A DNA stretch of 64,000 bases from Anthoceros angustus (lineage: Eukaryota > Plantae > Anthocerotophyta). Shown in pieces: positions 1-13,280 of the stretch. The notes under the pieces were generated by a model. It did no database searches. It saw only the letters and a list, made by a program, of their open reading frames with translations, and was not told the origin of the DNA. The stretch's first letter is position 1. Every line of letters starts with the position of its first letter. The stretch covers positions 1,006,788 to 1,070,787 of the forward strand of contig MU008181.1 in the NCBI GenBank assembly GCA_010909165.1. The letters are read 5' to 3'. Made by a program: the position numbers and the translations under genes.

Positions 1-299
1 AAACCAGCTAGACAAACTACTAGTTCCAAAAGCACAGCATGCCATAGCCACGGCTCAGAAAGTGGATAAACTCAGCACAGGAAAAAAAAATCCTCAGATG
101 TCCAGACATAATTACTCCGATCATCACCACCGTGGCATCAGCGCTTGCGGAACACATGGTCCTCCACGTCAAACAACCATGACAACCGGGTCTGGTTCTT
201 GTCATCAGCCTGTCCCAGATTACGACATTTAGCCTGCTTCTCACTCCCGCCCGCAAGACAGCTGCTCACCTTCACGACACAACTCGTTTAGGGTTGGCA

Positions 300-385
300 G
301 GCAGGCCTTGAAAGCCTGTTGCGCAGGCAGGCCATGAAAGCCTGTTGCGCAGGCAGGCCTTGAAAGCCTGTTGCGCAGGCAGGCC
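300..385. repeat. Tandem repeat, ~26-bp unit (gcaggcaggccttgaaagcctgttgc) x3
   Basis: Three near-identical consecutive units read directly. Confidence 0.8.
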
Positions 386-1197
386 CGAGCAGCACATCTC
401 AGGGAAGCTGCGCCCAGCAGTCTGCAACTTCTCTAAGATCATAGCAGGGTGTGACATCACAACGAAGAGGACCGTCGTCACAAGAGTGGGTCGACACTGA
501 CGTGTGCCGCACAGGCAGGCCAGGCGGCCCGACAGGCAGTAAGAACCATCAGATCGATCAATGACCTCGCGAACCCTCCTTATAGCCAAAAACTAGGGCT
601 TCATCACCTAATTTGTGGAACCCTAGTTCTATGTTAGGGAAGGCCAGAGAGGGAATGGCGCGGTTTCCGTACGAAAATGTCTCTCATTCTGCTTCGCTTC
701 CTGGGTCGCGAAGTGCATACATACACATGTCGCGAATTTGGTACACAGCAGCCATGGCACGCGAAGCCCTAGAAAATAACAACGAGCAAAAAAAGAGCTT
801 GCAGGAGGCTCAGCAAGAGAGGATGTTTGCCTCCAGTCACGAATTGTGACTGGAAAAATTAGCGAAAAATAGCAGAAGCGCCCAACAGCGCAAGCACGGT
901 CGGAACATTCTAGTCAAGTTGTAAGAGAAGCGTGGGAGCAGTACCCATTGACTAGAGCAATTGAGGCCTTTCTTTCAGCTTGCCGATTTCCTTCATGATC
1001 GAAGGCCTCAACGCAATGGGTGCCTGTCTGGCCAATAAATCAGTAGAAACGGCTCGGAATTAGACCATCATGTAGAAACAGCTGGGAACTGGACCATCAT
1101 GTAGAAACGGATCGGAATTCTGCACTCCACTTAGGCGCATAGCCAAAGCATACAGCCGACAATTTAGGGCAGATTCAACGAAGTCCATTCTCGTCGC

Positions 1198-1770
1198 CTA
1201 AGCCTCGGACCACCACGAGACCAGACCAAGGCCATCGGCACTGATATCCCCGGTGATCACCATTGGAGCAAACGGCTTCGCATCCTTGTCCTGCTCAAGA
1301 GGAAGAGGAGGATACTTGACTTGAGCAACACGAAACCGTACCGTCTCTTCAAGGTCCATGAACATCTTAGTATCGGAGTAATTCCAAAACCAAAGCTTTT
1401 CAGTTTCATCGTAGGCTGAAGGTTGCTGCAGGTAGAAATCAGGTACAAACACGTCGCTGAAGAAGTCCAGAGTCAGCTGAAGCCCCGTCTGGTCGCAGCT
1501 CTTGAGCTTTGCTGTCAGCACCTCCCCGACGAAAGGTCGGAACATCACCAGCCTGAAGGTGATGCTGAAAGATGGAGCACCTTCAGATGGGAGGACATAG
1601 CCACCTACTATGGACTGCACATCGTAGATGGTCACGCACAGCCCCAAATCCTTCACCACCTTGTCAACGTATCGAGCGTGAAGCAAATTCCACACCGCTT
1701 CCTCCAAAGGCAAGCTCAGATCCTGTGGTGGCAGATGTAGGTCTTCGTGCAGCAGAGCCAGCGTGAACAT
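1198..1770 (-). CDS. RPC8: DNA-directed RNA polymerase III subunit RPC8/RPC25 (Rpb7 family), intronless
   Basis: 190-aa ORF with KVVKDLGLCVTIYD, FRLVMFRPFVGEVLTAK and C-terminal ISADGLGLVSWW, which are hallmark Rpc25 motifs. Confidence 0.93.
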   Translation of the reverse strand: MFTLALLHEDLHLPPQDLSLPLEEAVWNLLHARYVDKVVKDLGLCVTIYDVQSIVGGYVLPSEGAPSFSITFRLVMFRPFVGEVLTAKLKSCDQTGLQLTLDFFSDVFVPDFYLQQPSAYDETEKLWFWNYSDTKMFMDLEETVRFRVAQVKYPPLPLEQDKDAKPFAPMVITGDISADGLGLVSWWSEA

Positions 1771-2151
1771 CGTGAATTCACCCTCCCAATTCCCCGGTGC
1801 ATCGAGTCTCCTTGTCTTGTTCCAAACATATATACATATGTACAGAGAAAGAGAACGTAAAAGATAATTCTGGATGTAAAACCGACGGAACGGGAAATAG
1901 ACCCCGTTTCAACCGTTCCCGCCAGTTTTGCACCAACAAGGCAGGACTTTCAGTCATGCAGGCAGGCATGGCGGATTCTTGAGCTCAAGCTTGACGAATG
2001 ATGCAGGCACAGTGAGCTTGCTGATTTCTGGTGGTTGTAGACAGCGGGTTAAGGCATTTGCGGAGGATTGGAAATTGGGAAGATCACGGTTTGGCTGGTG
2101 GTTCCTGGTGATCACCATTTTGGTGAGGAATGGAGGCGTGATATAGGAATA
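1771..2151. promoter_or_regulatory. Probable bidirectional promoter/5'UTR region shared by RPC8 and POLD1
   Basis: Divergent start codons only ~380-400 bp apart. Inferred from geometry only. Confidence 0.5.
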
Positions 2152-5100
2152 ATGAATTTGGCCAGTCGCGAGATGGACAGCAAGCGGCGGCCCCCTCCGG
2201 CGGGCCCTCCTCCCAAGAGATTTCACGGGCCTAATAATGAGCCTCCAGATGTCGAGGAAGAGGATGTTGATGAGGACGTGTTTTTTGATGAAACTCTGCT
2301 GGCGGAAGAGCTGCACCAGGTGGAGGCCGTGGAAGCCCGTCTCGCCAAATGGAATAGACCTCCAGTTCCAGAGAGAAATCCTCAAGCTCACAGCTTAGGT
2401 CGGAATTGTCTGAGTGGTGACCTGTTGATCTGATGAGGTTCTCACACTTGCCACAGAGCTGCACGTGGATTTAATCCGTGGACTCTGACCCGTTCTGCTG
2501 CGATGTCCTTTGCCAGTGTTTCAACAGCTGGAGATAGATTATGTGATCGACAGGACAGCACAAGCAGAGCCTGCTGCTGTGCTTCGAATGTTCGGAGTAA
2601 CCGAAGAAGGTGTGGGTTCCATGTGCAGGCTTTCTGTACGGCATTTCGATTGTATCACGCAAAGCGTAATTTTGAGGTTCTGGTTCGTGCAGGAAACAGT
2701 GTGTGTTGTCTTGTGCATGGGTTTCAACCATATTTCTACATTAGCTGCACAGATGGGTTTGGCCCAGATGACATTCCCACCTTTCGTCGAACCCTTGAGG
2801 TAAAATGATGCCTGCGATTGATGCTCTGCTGAAATATAGCGAAATCATTGTTACCTGTGGATGTTTATGGACTGCGGACTCAAAGTCTGGAATTTGGCTG
2901 GCAGACGCGCATGGGCGAGGCCAACCGGAAGACTGGCTTAAAGCAATATATAACAAGGATTGAAATTGTACAGAAGAGAAGTCTTATGTACTTTCAGCAG
3001 CAGAAGAGCAGGCCTTTTCTGAAAATATTTGTTGCATTGCCTACCATGGTTGCAAGTTGCAGAGGTATTAGCCCTTTTATATCTGCTGTTTCGTCTTCAT
3101 ATTCTGCGCTTTGGATGATCTCTCAATATTATGTGAGAAATGCCCGGGGTGCAAGCCTCTTGTGGGGTCACATGCTTCGGAGAAGGTAGCTCTGAATACC
3201 ATCTTCTGTGGATTCTGCAGGAATTCTTGAAAAGGGCATACAAATTGATGGTCTCGGACACAAGAGTTTCTTGACTTATGAAAGCAATGTCCTATTCGCT
3301 TTGCGGTTTATGATTGATTGTCATGTTGTCGGTGGAAACTGGATTGAACTTCCAGCTGGGAAATATCGCTACACAGGGAAGTCCATATCGTACTGCCAGA
3401 TTGAAGTCAATGTGATGTATCCAATCAATTTGTTATCTTCACTGGAAATGCTTGGGTCGTTCATGTTGTGATTTGTCCTGTCTACTTTGTTCTCCTTAAC
3501 AAAGCACAGGTATAGTGACCTTATAAGCCATCCAGCCGTTGGACAGTACTCCAAGATGGCACCGTTTCGCATCTTGAGTTTTGACATTGAGTGCGCAGGC
3601 CGGAAAGGGCACTTCCCTGAGCCTGATAAGGATCCTGTGATTCAGGTACTAGTGTGTCCCAACTTACATTTTCTTTTGAGGAATCTTCTTACCTTTTGCA
3701 CCATTTCAGAAGCACTACATGTCTGACCTCTGTGCATCATGTTCTGAATATCGTGCAGATTGCCAACCTGGTAACTGTTCAAGGAGAGAATCAACCAATG
3801 GTGCGAAATGTCATGACCTTGAAGTCTTGTGCCCCGATAGTGGGCTCAGATGTTATGCCGTTTGAATCAGAGGCCGAAATTTTATTGGCTTGGAGGGTAT
3901 GTGCAAAGCCAAGATGGTGTGAGCTTCTGTTGAATTCTGTTTGCATTTGAATTTCTTCTAAATTAGCATTGTCCATGGCTGTGAAATTTGCTCCTTTTGC
4001 TGCAGGACCTTGTGCAAAAGGTAGATCCCGACCTTATCATAGGCTACAATATCTGCAAGTTTGATCTACCATATTTGGTTGAGGTAATTATTAACCACAA
4101 CTTGTTGACGCAGTTCAAATGCTGTCAGTGCAGTCAGCATCTATTGAGTGTGGCAACTTGAGGTCTATTCCCATGTTTGTTTGTTTGTATCTGCAACCCT
4201 GTGGCTCAGCAGAGTGTACCACCTTCTGAGATCTGTTTATATGGCTGCGGATCTTTCCAGAGGGCTGAGACACTTAAAATAGGGGGCTTTCCCATTCTTG
4301 GTCGCATAAGAAATAGCAGGCTTCGCATGAGGGACGCCAAATTCCAATCAAGGTATTGCTGCTTTGGTGTTCCACTTAAAATCTGTACACCTTTTCTATG
4401 TGAATGGTTGTTGAGCTACAAACGTTCGGACCTCACTTCTGAAGCTTAGTAAGACTTTGATATCTATGCAGGCAATATGGTACTAGAGAGAGTAAGGAGT
4501 TGACAATAGAAGGTCGTGTGCAGTTTGATGTTCTACAGGTATTGAACTTGACTGCATCTATGGCGAAGAGTTTGTTCAGCTACAGTCTAAGCAGCAATAT
4601 CCTGCTCTTGTATCTGCATGTAGGAGGTTCATGAATCACTCTTGCATGTGCAGGCCATCCAAAGAGATTACAAGCTGAGTTCATACTCTTTGAATTCTGT
4701 TTCAGCTCATTTTCTTGGAGAGCAGGTTTGTCTCCTCCTTCCGTCACTGCTGCCTAGTTGCAAAATAAAGGCTCTGTGTCTAGTCTTGGCAGCAATTGTG
4801 ACATATTGGCACTTCAATTTTGACCTTGCAACCTGGTAAACAGAAGGAGGATGTTCACCACTCAATCATCTCAGACTTGCAGAGTGGTAATGCCGAAACT
4901 CGTCGACGGCTTGCTGTGTACTGTCTGAAGGTTAGTGAAGTACACCAGCAGTGCCAAGCTTGTCTCACCTGAATGTATTCACTAGTAGGATCAGAGCTAT
5001 GTATCCTTGTTTCTATCTCTTGATTCATATCTTTCTCCAACATGATCTAGGATGCATACCTTCCCCAGCGTCTGCTGGATAAGCTAATGTATGTTTACAA

Positions 5101-8100
5101 TTACATCGAAATGGCCCGAGTTACTGGAGTCCCTGTGTCCTTCCTCTTGGCACGAGGTCAAAGTATTAAGGTACTGTTGTGATTACTCTTATCCATGTTT
5201 AGTGTGTCAGCTCTCTCATGAATGCTTCTGAAACAAGTGTAGAATCTGTGCAGGTACTGTCACAAATACTAAGGAAATCAAAACAAAGAAACTTTGTTGT
5301 TCCCAATGTGAAAGGTCAATCAGCTGGCCAGGAAGGGTTTGAAGGAGCAACTGTAAGTCACTTACTGCTATACTGACTGACATCAGGGCAATCCTAAGAT
5401 TCCCAATCTTTCTGAAAGGTAGACAGGGTAGACATTAAAATAAATCTCTACTAATTTGATGTCCTTGTTCTGACTTGCTTGGTAGGTTCTGGATGCAAGG
5501 GCTGGTTTTTACGAGAAGCCAATTGCAACCCTTGATTTTGCTTCCCTATACCCATCTATTATGATGGCATATAATCTATGTTACTGCACGCTGGTACCCC
5601 TTGTGCCAACAATGGATTTAAAATTTTCAGCCTGTTCTCCTGTAAAGTATCGGTGAGCCACAGATTCTCACATTGTGTACCCCCATCTAGGTGAGATCCG
5701 AGGACGTGAGCAAGTTGAATCTGCAGCCTGAAAACATGCTGAAAACCCCATCTGGTGAAACATTTGTTAAAGCTGATCTGGAGAAGGTAATGCCTTGTTG
5801 AGTCCTCGACGCGAGTGGCTTCTGCAGTTCTATAGTTTGCAGAAAGCCTGAAAGCATGCCCCTCATTAGGGAATATTGCCAGAGATTCTTGAGGAGCTTC
5901 TTGCTGCAAGGAAGCGAGCTAAAGCTGACTTGAAGGTAAGCGATTTGGCTGTGCATCATTCTTTCGGAGCAGAGTATCTAGACAATTTAAATGTCTTGAT
6001 GTCTAACTGTTTCTATTCGGTGAACAGGAGGCCACAGATCCTTTTGAAAAGGCTGTTCTGGATGGTAGACAGCTTGCGTTGAAGGTATTGCCTTTGCATT
6101 GTGTGATTCTAGGAATTGGTATTTTCCTTGCCCCAGAAGTAATACAAAGTCTTGCAGGTCAGTGCAAATTCTGTGTACGGGTTCACTGGAGCAACGATTG
6201 GCCAGCTTCCCTGTCTGGAGATATCTTCCAGTGTTACCAGCTATGGTATTCCCTGTATCCACAGTGAAGGACTACCTTGCCGGGGTGTCGTTCTATTTGA
6301 GATTCTTGTGCTGACACTTAGTTTTCCAGGGCGACAAATGATTGAGCACACAAAGAAGTTGGTGGAAGAGCGGTTCAACACAAGAAACAACTACGAATAT
6401 GATGCAGAGGTGAAAATTGCTCTCTTTAAGAACTTATTTCGCTGGACGTAGGATATTCTCTAACTCTGACCACTCTGATGTTTCGTACATTTAGGTTGTT
6501 TATGGTGACACCGACTCTGTTATGGTACAATTTGGAGTTTCCAATGTGGACGAGGCTATGAAACTGGGTCGAGAAGCTGCAGAGTACATCAGTGACACCT
6601 TTATTAAGGTGACTGCAAGTCATTGTATGATTTTTATTCGTCGACGGGGCACGTTTGCTTGACATGTTACGCTCTTTTCTTAGAAGAAAATAAGTTGATG
6701 ACTGATATTTACTGGAGATCTTGCGTGCTGCGTTTTTCTTATACATATTATGAGCAGCCAATCAAGCTGGAGTTTGAGAAAGCCTACTTTCCGTATCTTC
6801 TTATCAGCAAAAAGCGATATGCAGGGTTGCTGTGGACGAAACCGGACAAGCATGATAAGATGGACACCAAAGGTAGGTCCTCCTCCAAGGTGGCGGGGTG
6901 AATGGTTCGCTTGCTTATGTGGCACGAACGTAATCCTGCCTACGGATGCTCAGGAATTGAGACCGTCCGGAGAGATAATTGTCTCCTGGTGAAAAACTTG
7001 GTGACCGAATGCCTCAACAAGATCCTTATAGACCGCGATGTTCCAGGAGCTGTACAGTATGTTAAAAGCACTATTTCTGATTTGCTCATGAACAGAATGG
7101 ATCTTTCGCTACTGGTTATTACCAAGGTTTGTAGCTGACCAGATTATGTTGTGCGCAAATTAAGCATGTGCTCTCAGAGTTTTGCCGCTGACCCTTACTG
7201 GACGAGTTTACTCTGGATAACAGGGGTTGACAAAAACGGGAGATGACTATGCCGTCAAGGCTGCTCATGTTGAGCTTGCTGAACGGATGCGCAAGGTAGT
7301 TCGGAGACACATCATCTCCTCCTTTGAAGTGATGTGCACTTCTCTTCTTGATGTTGCTACTTCTGACTCCACGCTGGGCGTCCAGCGAGATGCTGCAACT
7401 GCTCCAACTGTAGGTGATCGCGTCCCATATGTTATCGTTAAAGCTGCGAAGGGAGCGAAGGCAAGTCTTGAAATTGATATGTTTGTAGTCTCTTGACTTG
7501 GCTGGAAAAATTTTCGTTCTCCTATTCATGTCTCTTCAGACCTCAAATTACAGGCTTATGAAAGATCAGAAGACCCCATCTACGTTCTGGAAAACAATAT
7601 ACCAATTGACCCTCAGTATTACCTGGAGAATCAACTCAGTAAGGTTGGTACAGTTTTCTAATCTGCATACTTTCTTTGCGCGAAACTTGGGTTCTCAGCT
7701 GACGAGGAGGTCGTGTTCATGGTAGCCTTTGCTCCGAATATTTGATCCAATATTAAAGAATGCAAGCAAGGAGCTTCTGCACGGCAGCCATACTCGGTCT
7801 GTCTCTATATCTACCCCGTCCAATAGTGGTATCATGAAATTTGCGAAGAAGAAACTGAGCTGCATAGGCTGCAAGACTCCGATAAGGTATGTCCCGACAG
7901 GTTTTGGACTTTTAGTACAGGTCGTTAGGCAGATGCTAACCGGCTGGCTTGCAGCGAGGAAGATCAAACCTTGTGTAAGCACTGCCATGGGCGTGAAGCA
8001 GAGCTCTATCAGAAGACCGTCTCTAATGGTCAGTTCCCCCGTCATCCCTCGTGTACAGCCTTTATGATCAAGTTCGTCGCTGACTGGTGTAGCATATGGA

Positions 8101-8397
8101 TCGAACAGTTCGAGACCTGGAAGACCTTTTCGGGAAATTATGGACACAGTGTCAGCGGTGTCAAGGGTCCTTACATCAGGATGTTTTGTGCACGAGGTTG
8201 TTGCAGTATCCAATCTATGCTTGCCATATCCAATCTATGCGTGCCACATTTGCTGGTGAAGGTAGTCCTTTCTTTGTGCTTACAAATATAATACACCCCC
8301 CGTGCACATCTGCAGTCGTGACTGCCCCATATTTTACCGTCGGAAGAAAGCACAGAAGGACTTATCAGAGGCAGAAGTGCAGCTGGACCGATGGTAA
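2152..8397 (+). CDS. POLD1: DNA polymerase delta catalytic subunit, many short introns (start at 2152 or 2173)
   Basis: Exonic motifs: ILSFDIEC (exo I), [26 protein letters not shown] (region II), [12 protein letters not shown] (III), YGDTDS (I), GIETVRRD, C-terminal CIGC/CKHC and CQRC...C...DCPIFY; stop TAA at 8395-8397. Confidence 0.97.
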
Positions 8398-9198
8398 TTG
8401 TTCCCTTCTCTTTATCCATAACATGTCATTGAGGCCATTGGCCACAACATCAACCCGAACGGGTGGCATTCCATTTTCAGGGAGACATGACAAGCTCGGT
8501 TAAGAGTACAGGGAGTTGAAACCTCGAGGAGAACTCACGGAGCGACACTGCTGCGGGTGCGGGTAGCTGTAAGCATCTCTCGAGCCGTTTGGGATTTGTT
8601 ATACCACCTTGAAGGAACTTGGGACGGCACTAAACACTAACTAACTGCCCTCGTCTGACGGAGTTTAGATCCTGTGGTCCTTTGACCTGGCCTCGCCGTT
8701 GAAGAAGTTGGAAGCTTGCCTTTAAACTGTTTTGCGTTATCACTAGGAGCGGTGAGTACTACCAACTCCAGTACAGATTGACCTATATGTACATGGTGTT
8801 GAACACAGACGGGTGCAGGGCAAAGTGTCTCGCTCTGTATGTCAGGGCTTGCCTTTGCGGTAGGGGACAATTTTTACATATATCACCACGCGGCGGCAGA
8901 AATAGCCAGTTTCTCTTGTGTTAATTTCAAGTTCGTGCGATCCTTCTCCTATGGTGGTGTTCTTAGGCCAAATGGACACACATTTATAAGAACACTGCTA
9001 ATAAGCATCATGTGCTTACATCGGTGCTTAGAGGAGTGGATGTCTTGGTGCAAGTAGACACAAAGGTGCAGATGATTTCCGCAAACCGTTTCCAGCTCTA
9101 ACTAATAGTTTTCCTTCTGGCGTGCCACATTCAGCTTTGGTAGTTCATGATTCAGAACATTCTCACACCCTTGGTGGTGTGGTCTTCCTCCCTTGAAG

Positions 9199-9513
9199 CC
9201 CGCTTTCAGCCAGGGTTTGCTCCCTAACCTGTCGCCCCACCTTGAGTAGCCCGCTTTCAGTCAGCACAAATCAGGGTTTGCTCCCTAACCCGTCATTCCA
9301 CCGCTTTGAGGAAGTGCAAATCAGGGTTGATTATCTAACTCATCGTCCCACGGTCATCCCACCGCTTTGAGGAAGTGCAAATCAGGGTTGATTATCTAAC
9401 TCATCGTCCCACGTTGAGCAGCCCCGCTTTCAGCTAGTATAAGTTAGGGTTTACTATCTAACCCAGTTTTGCTTTCAGCTAGTATAAGTTAGGGTTTACT
9501 ATCTAACCCAGTT
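9199..9513. repeat. Degenerate tandem repeats (cccgctttcag...agggttt...ctaacc), including two exact pair duplications
   Basis: Repeated 43-63-bp units seen directly. Probably TE subterminal sequence. Confidence 0.7.
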
Positions 9514-9639
9514 TATGATATGCAATTTAATAAATATAATATGTTTATCCATATGATAAAAATTTACTTTCATGTCATTATGCTATGTTATGACAATGAC
9601 TAAATAAGTACTCACTAGCTAAATATGAAAAAAGAGAGA

Positions 9640-12600
9640 TGATTTATTGAGGTGAAAGAACGATGGAAAGAGACCATCTAGGAAGGGACAACAAATGGGG
9701 ACCCGGGGGTCGGAGTGAAGAGGAGCAACTGAGCTCCCTACCTAAAGTGACCAATCGCACCCACAATGTCATATGTAGAATAAACGGCCCGCAAACCACG
9801 AGGAAGAGGAAAAGGCATCACCCACCGCCGCCTTATGGAGAATCGCCGTTGAGGCGCCGTTGAAGAGCAATAGAAACCCGCCGGAAGTATGCCGTGAAGT
9901 ACGAGAGGGACGATACACTATACTGCGCATGGTAAGCTTTGGCACAAGACTTGATGAATTTGTCAAAGTCCTCACCATTGCCCCATACGCTTTAGAGCAA
10001 GCGGGATAAAGAGGTGGCCGCTTGCATCCTGCTATACTTGCGGACCTTGAGAGCCGCAGACGGCAGCACCGGCCTTTGGTGATGACTGAGAGGTGGCGTC
10101 ACGTGCGGTCGAACCACTACATCCGCCACCACAACCGTCGCCACGACAAGGTATAAGTCCGCCCGATTGAACGAGTAAGAAGAGTATACTCCCGCCTCCG
10201 TGCCATATAGCCACTTTCGCGAGCAATGGCAAACATGACGCCACGGACAAGGTATAAGTCATACGATTGAGCGACACAGAAGAGTATACTCCGCTCCCTC
10301 CGGGCCATATAGCCACTTTCGCGAGCAATGGCAAACATGGCGTCACGGATGGCGCCATGAGTGGCAATGCGGCGACCGTGGGGACAACGAGCAAGGTGGA
10401 CACCGAGACGCCAAGAGCAGCCGCACTCACAAGTGAGGAGCGAAGAAGCCACAGCCGGAGTAGGCCGAGACGGAATCGCATCGCAGAGTGAAGGTGGTTG
10501 GTGCGATGTGAAATCCCGTATGCATGGGCGGGCCAAGAGCTGCACCGCCCTTCCTGAACAAGAGCGAGCCGCCTAGTGGACCTGGAGATGGAGGGGTCCC
10601 GGAGGATGATCAAAAGCTCGGCCGAGCCGCTTCTCGAGCGAGATGCCTCGCAATCCCTAAAGCCATCGATGATAAATGTAGAGAAAGGAGGAAGTCCTTC
10701 CGAGCATCCGCCGATAACATGTCTCCGGCCCGCCTCAAGGACGATTGAGAGAGAAGGTTCCCTCCTCCACACTTGATACGAGATCCTCGAGAAAGGGCTT
10801 GTCATGGAGGATGAAACGGGAAGCCAAGGCAGGCAGAGGGCCCAACTCCCAAGAAAGCCGGGAAGAGACCTCCGAGAGCCCCACGCCTCAAATTGCAGGC
10901 GGGGATGCTTGCTGGGCAGTCGCCCTGTGGCACTCAAAAGCCCCGAGCCCAAGATGTCCCCAAGAGTATCCATAATCTTCAGATCAAACCCCGAGCCGGA
11001 CAAAAGGACCGAGACGAGGGCGAAATGAGGAGGTACCAGGCGCCTAGCAAAAACAAGGAAAGGATTCCAAAGGCCACCCGAGCATCCTCCAAAGAAAGGG
11101 AGGTCTTCAATATGGGAGAGGTCCTCTGCAAGGGCCTTGTCCAGAAGCTCCCAATGAAGTCTGGGAACCAAAGGGGACCCCAAGAATCCATGAGACCAAG
11201 AGCCGAGCAATCTCCCAGCGAAGCTGAGAGTGGCGGGATCCCGGCGGAGACCAAACGCTGCACTTGGACATCTTGACCTTCAAGCCCTGGCAGCTCGGAG
11301 AATATCTCAAAGGCCTCCTTGACTTTGTCCCTGTGCCCGAGGATGTGAGAATCGCCGTTGAGGCGCCTAGCAAAAGCGAAGGGAAGACACAGCCGCTGGA
11401 GAGGGCGGCCCTAGACAGGCCCTATAGTGAGCAATAGCGAAGAGAGCACCGCCTAGCGGTCGCCTTGCACAGTACACATGGCCGATTCCAAGACGAGACG
11501 GCGAAACTCAAGAGACGTTCTTGTCTTTGGTAGTAGAGGTTGGAGGACCTCCGTAGAAGCACCGGACAAAGGGTATAAGACTCTAGACGCCAAAGATCCC
11601 TAAGCTCCTCAAAGATGACGCCCGAAATGGTATTGAAGGCGTTCTCGACATCCACCGTAAGACTACCCAATCCGGGTGGGTATCAAGGCAAGCTTTCACC
11701 CCTAGCACCATGCACTGCAGCCGAGTGGCAATGCCAAATTGAAGGGGTTGAAGTCTTTGTTGGAGAAGGGAGGCGGAGGCAGGCGATAGTGCGGCCGAGT
11801 AGCCGCATGAAGGCCTCCCAACCGCGAGTGGGCGACGCCTGAGGAGTGCTTGTCCATAGCGACAAGCCTACTAGCTGCAAGAACAGCTGAAATCCGGTGA
11901 GGCATCTCTCCACGAGCCACCGCAGCAGCCAGAGAAAAGAGCTCTGGAAAGCCGCTGGATGGATCTTCGGGAGAAAGAGGTCCCTAAGGTGTTCGAACAC
12001 CATTCCGACAAACCGGATGAAAGACGAGGGTTGTGGAGAGAGCGAGCAAAAGCCGCGGTCCAGTGGAGAAGGGATCCTCGGGACATAGTCGGATATGTCC
12101 GGGAATGGCATCCTTAGGTGGCGGATGGAGGCACGGAGGGCAGCAATTGTCTCTTCAAGCGGAGGCCAAGGGACGGGTCAAGAGCCCTAGCGGAGCATAT
12201 TCACTGCCAAGCAACTTGCGCGTAGGTTTGTTGCATTACCTGCACTGCTCCAACCGAGCGATTCCGCCGGACTTGGCAAAGACGCATGCCTCCTCCTCAA
12301 GAGCCGCCCGCCACCAAAACGCCAAGACGGCTAGCAACTTCACGGTGCCGGCTCCCCTAGTGCAATCAAGACACCATCGGGAGAAGAAGGAGGAGACACC
12401 AAGCTAACTCATCCCGGATCGAGTGCAAGGCGATCTAGGGAAGACGAAATGCCGACGGCATCATCGTGAAGGTGCCGAGGAAGCTGCGGAAGATGCGGAC
12501 ATGGAAGCGGGTTTCAACATCCCAAGGATGTGATCCACCGACCGCAACCATTCCTGTGAAGAAAGAGGCACCACAAGGAGAAAGCTATGCGGCGCCAAAG

Positions 12601-12990
12601 CCGGGCGGACGTGGAGGAGGTCGCGGCGTGCACTTGGGCAGCCTGTAGTCCGGTCGAAATCTTTATGCATGTGCCGAGGTGAGTTTTCACCCCTTGACGC
12701 AGAGAGTTGAGCATGATCGGACAAGGAGTGTCCTCGATCACGGAGGTGTGGATCGCCCCATTGGATGGGGACGAAAAGGGCCTGCTTGAAATCAAGAGGT
12801 ACCGAGGCAAAATGACCCCACTGACCGGACATACAGAGTTTGAGTCGTATGGCGAACCCCAAAAGGCCGCCAAAGGGCCCACCAAGAGGGGTGCAACCCA
12901 TGTGACCACCGCCAACCACCAAACTAACGCCCACACCAGAACTCAAGACTAAAAGCCGGGCGGGAGATCCTCAGCGGAAGAAGCCCAACC
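9640..12990 (-). mobile_element. Decayed CRE-like non-LTR retrotransposon (RT + CCHC knuckle + restriction-like endonuclease)
   Basis: Frameshifted minus-strand motifs: GMVFEHLRDL, ASRLVAMDK..GV..GEAFMRL, VDVENAFNTIS, QGD(P)LGGALFAIAH, DSHILG, GLKVKMSKC, ILGVPFGS, CECG...HLARC..G.RIATHGAIRD, RAD...VADVVV..P, KVRKY. Confidence 0.8.
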
Positions 12991-13079
12991 GAAAAGCGTA
13001 TAAGCAAGAATCAGAGATGAAAATGGACTCACGAACATGTAATAGAGCTCACAACAATCACACAATCAACCATCAATCA

Positions 13080-13280
13080 ATCGCAACATCTAGGGCCTAG
13101 CAACGCGCAACACCTAGGGCATAGCACTCGATCGCAACATCTAGGGCCTAGCATTCACCAACACCTAGGGCATAACACTCAACCGCAACATCTAGGGCAT
13201 AACATCGAATCGCAACATCTAGGGCCCAGATCACCGCAACACCTAGGGCATAACACTCACCGAACATCTAGGGCCTAGCC
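13080..13280. repeat. Tandem array of ~8 x ~25-bp units (cgcaacaYctagggcMtaRca) at the 5' end of the CRE-like element
   Basis: Units read directly. Confidence 0.85.

Noticed and set aside
9199-9513. Interstitial telomere (ttagggttt)
   Set aside because: Only isolated single motifs inside longer repeat units; no (TTTAGGG)n run.
10032-11210. 392-aa ORF as a host gene
   Set aside because: It is a mosaic of in-frame and out-of-frame pieces of the frameshifted retrotransposon ORF.
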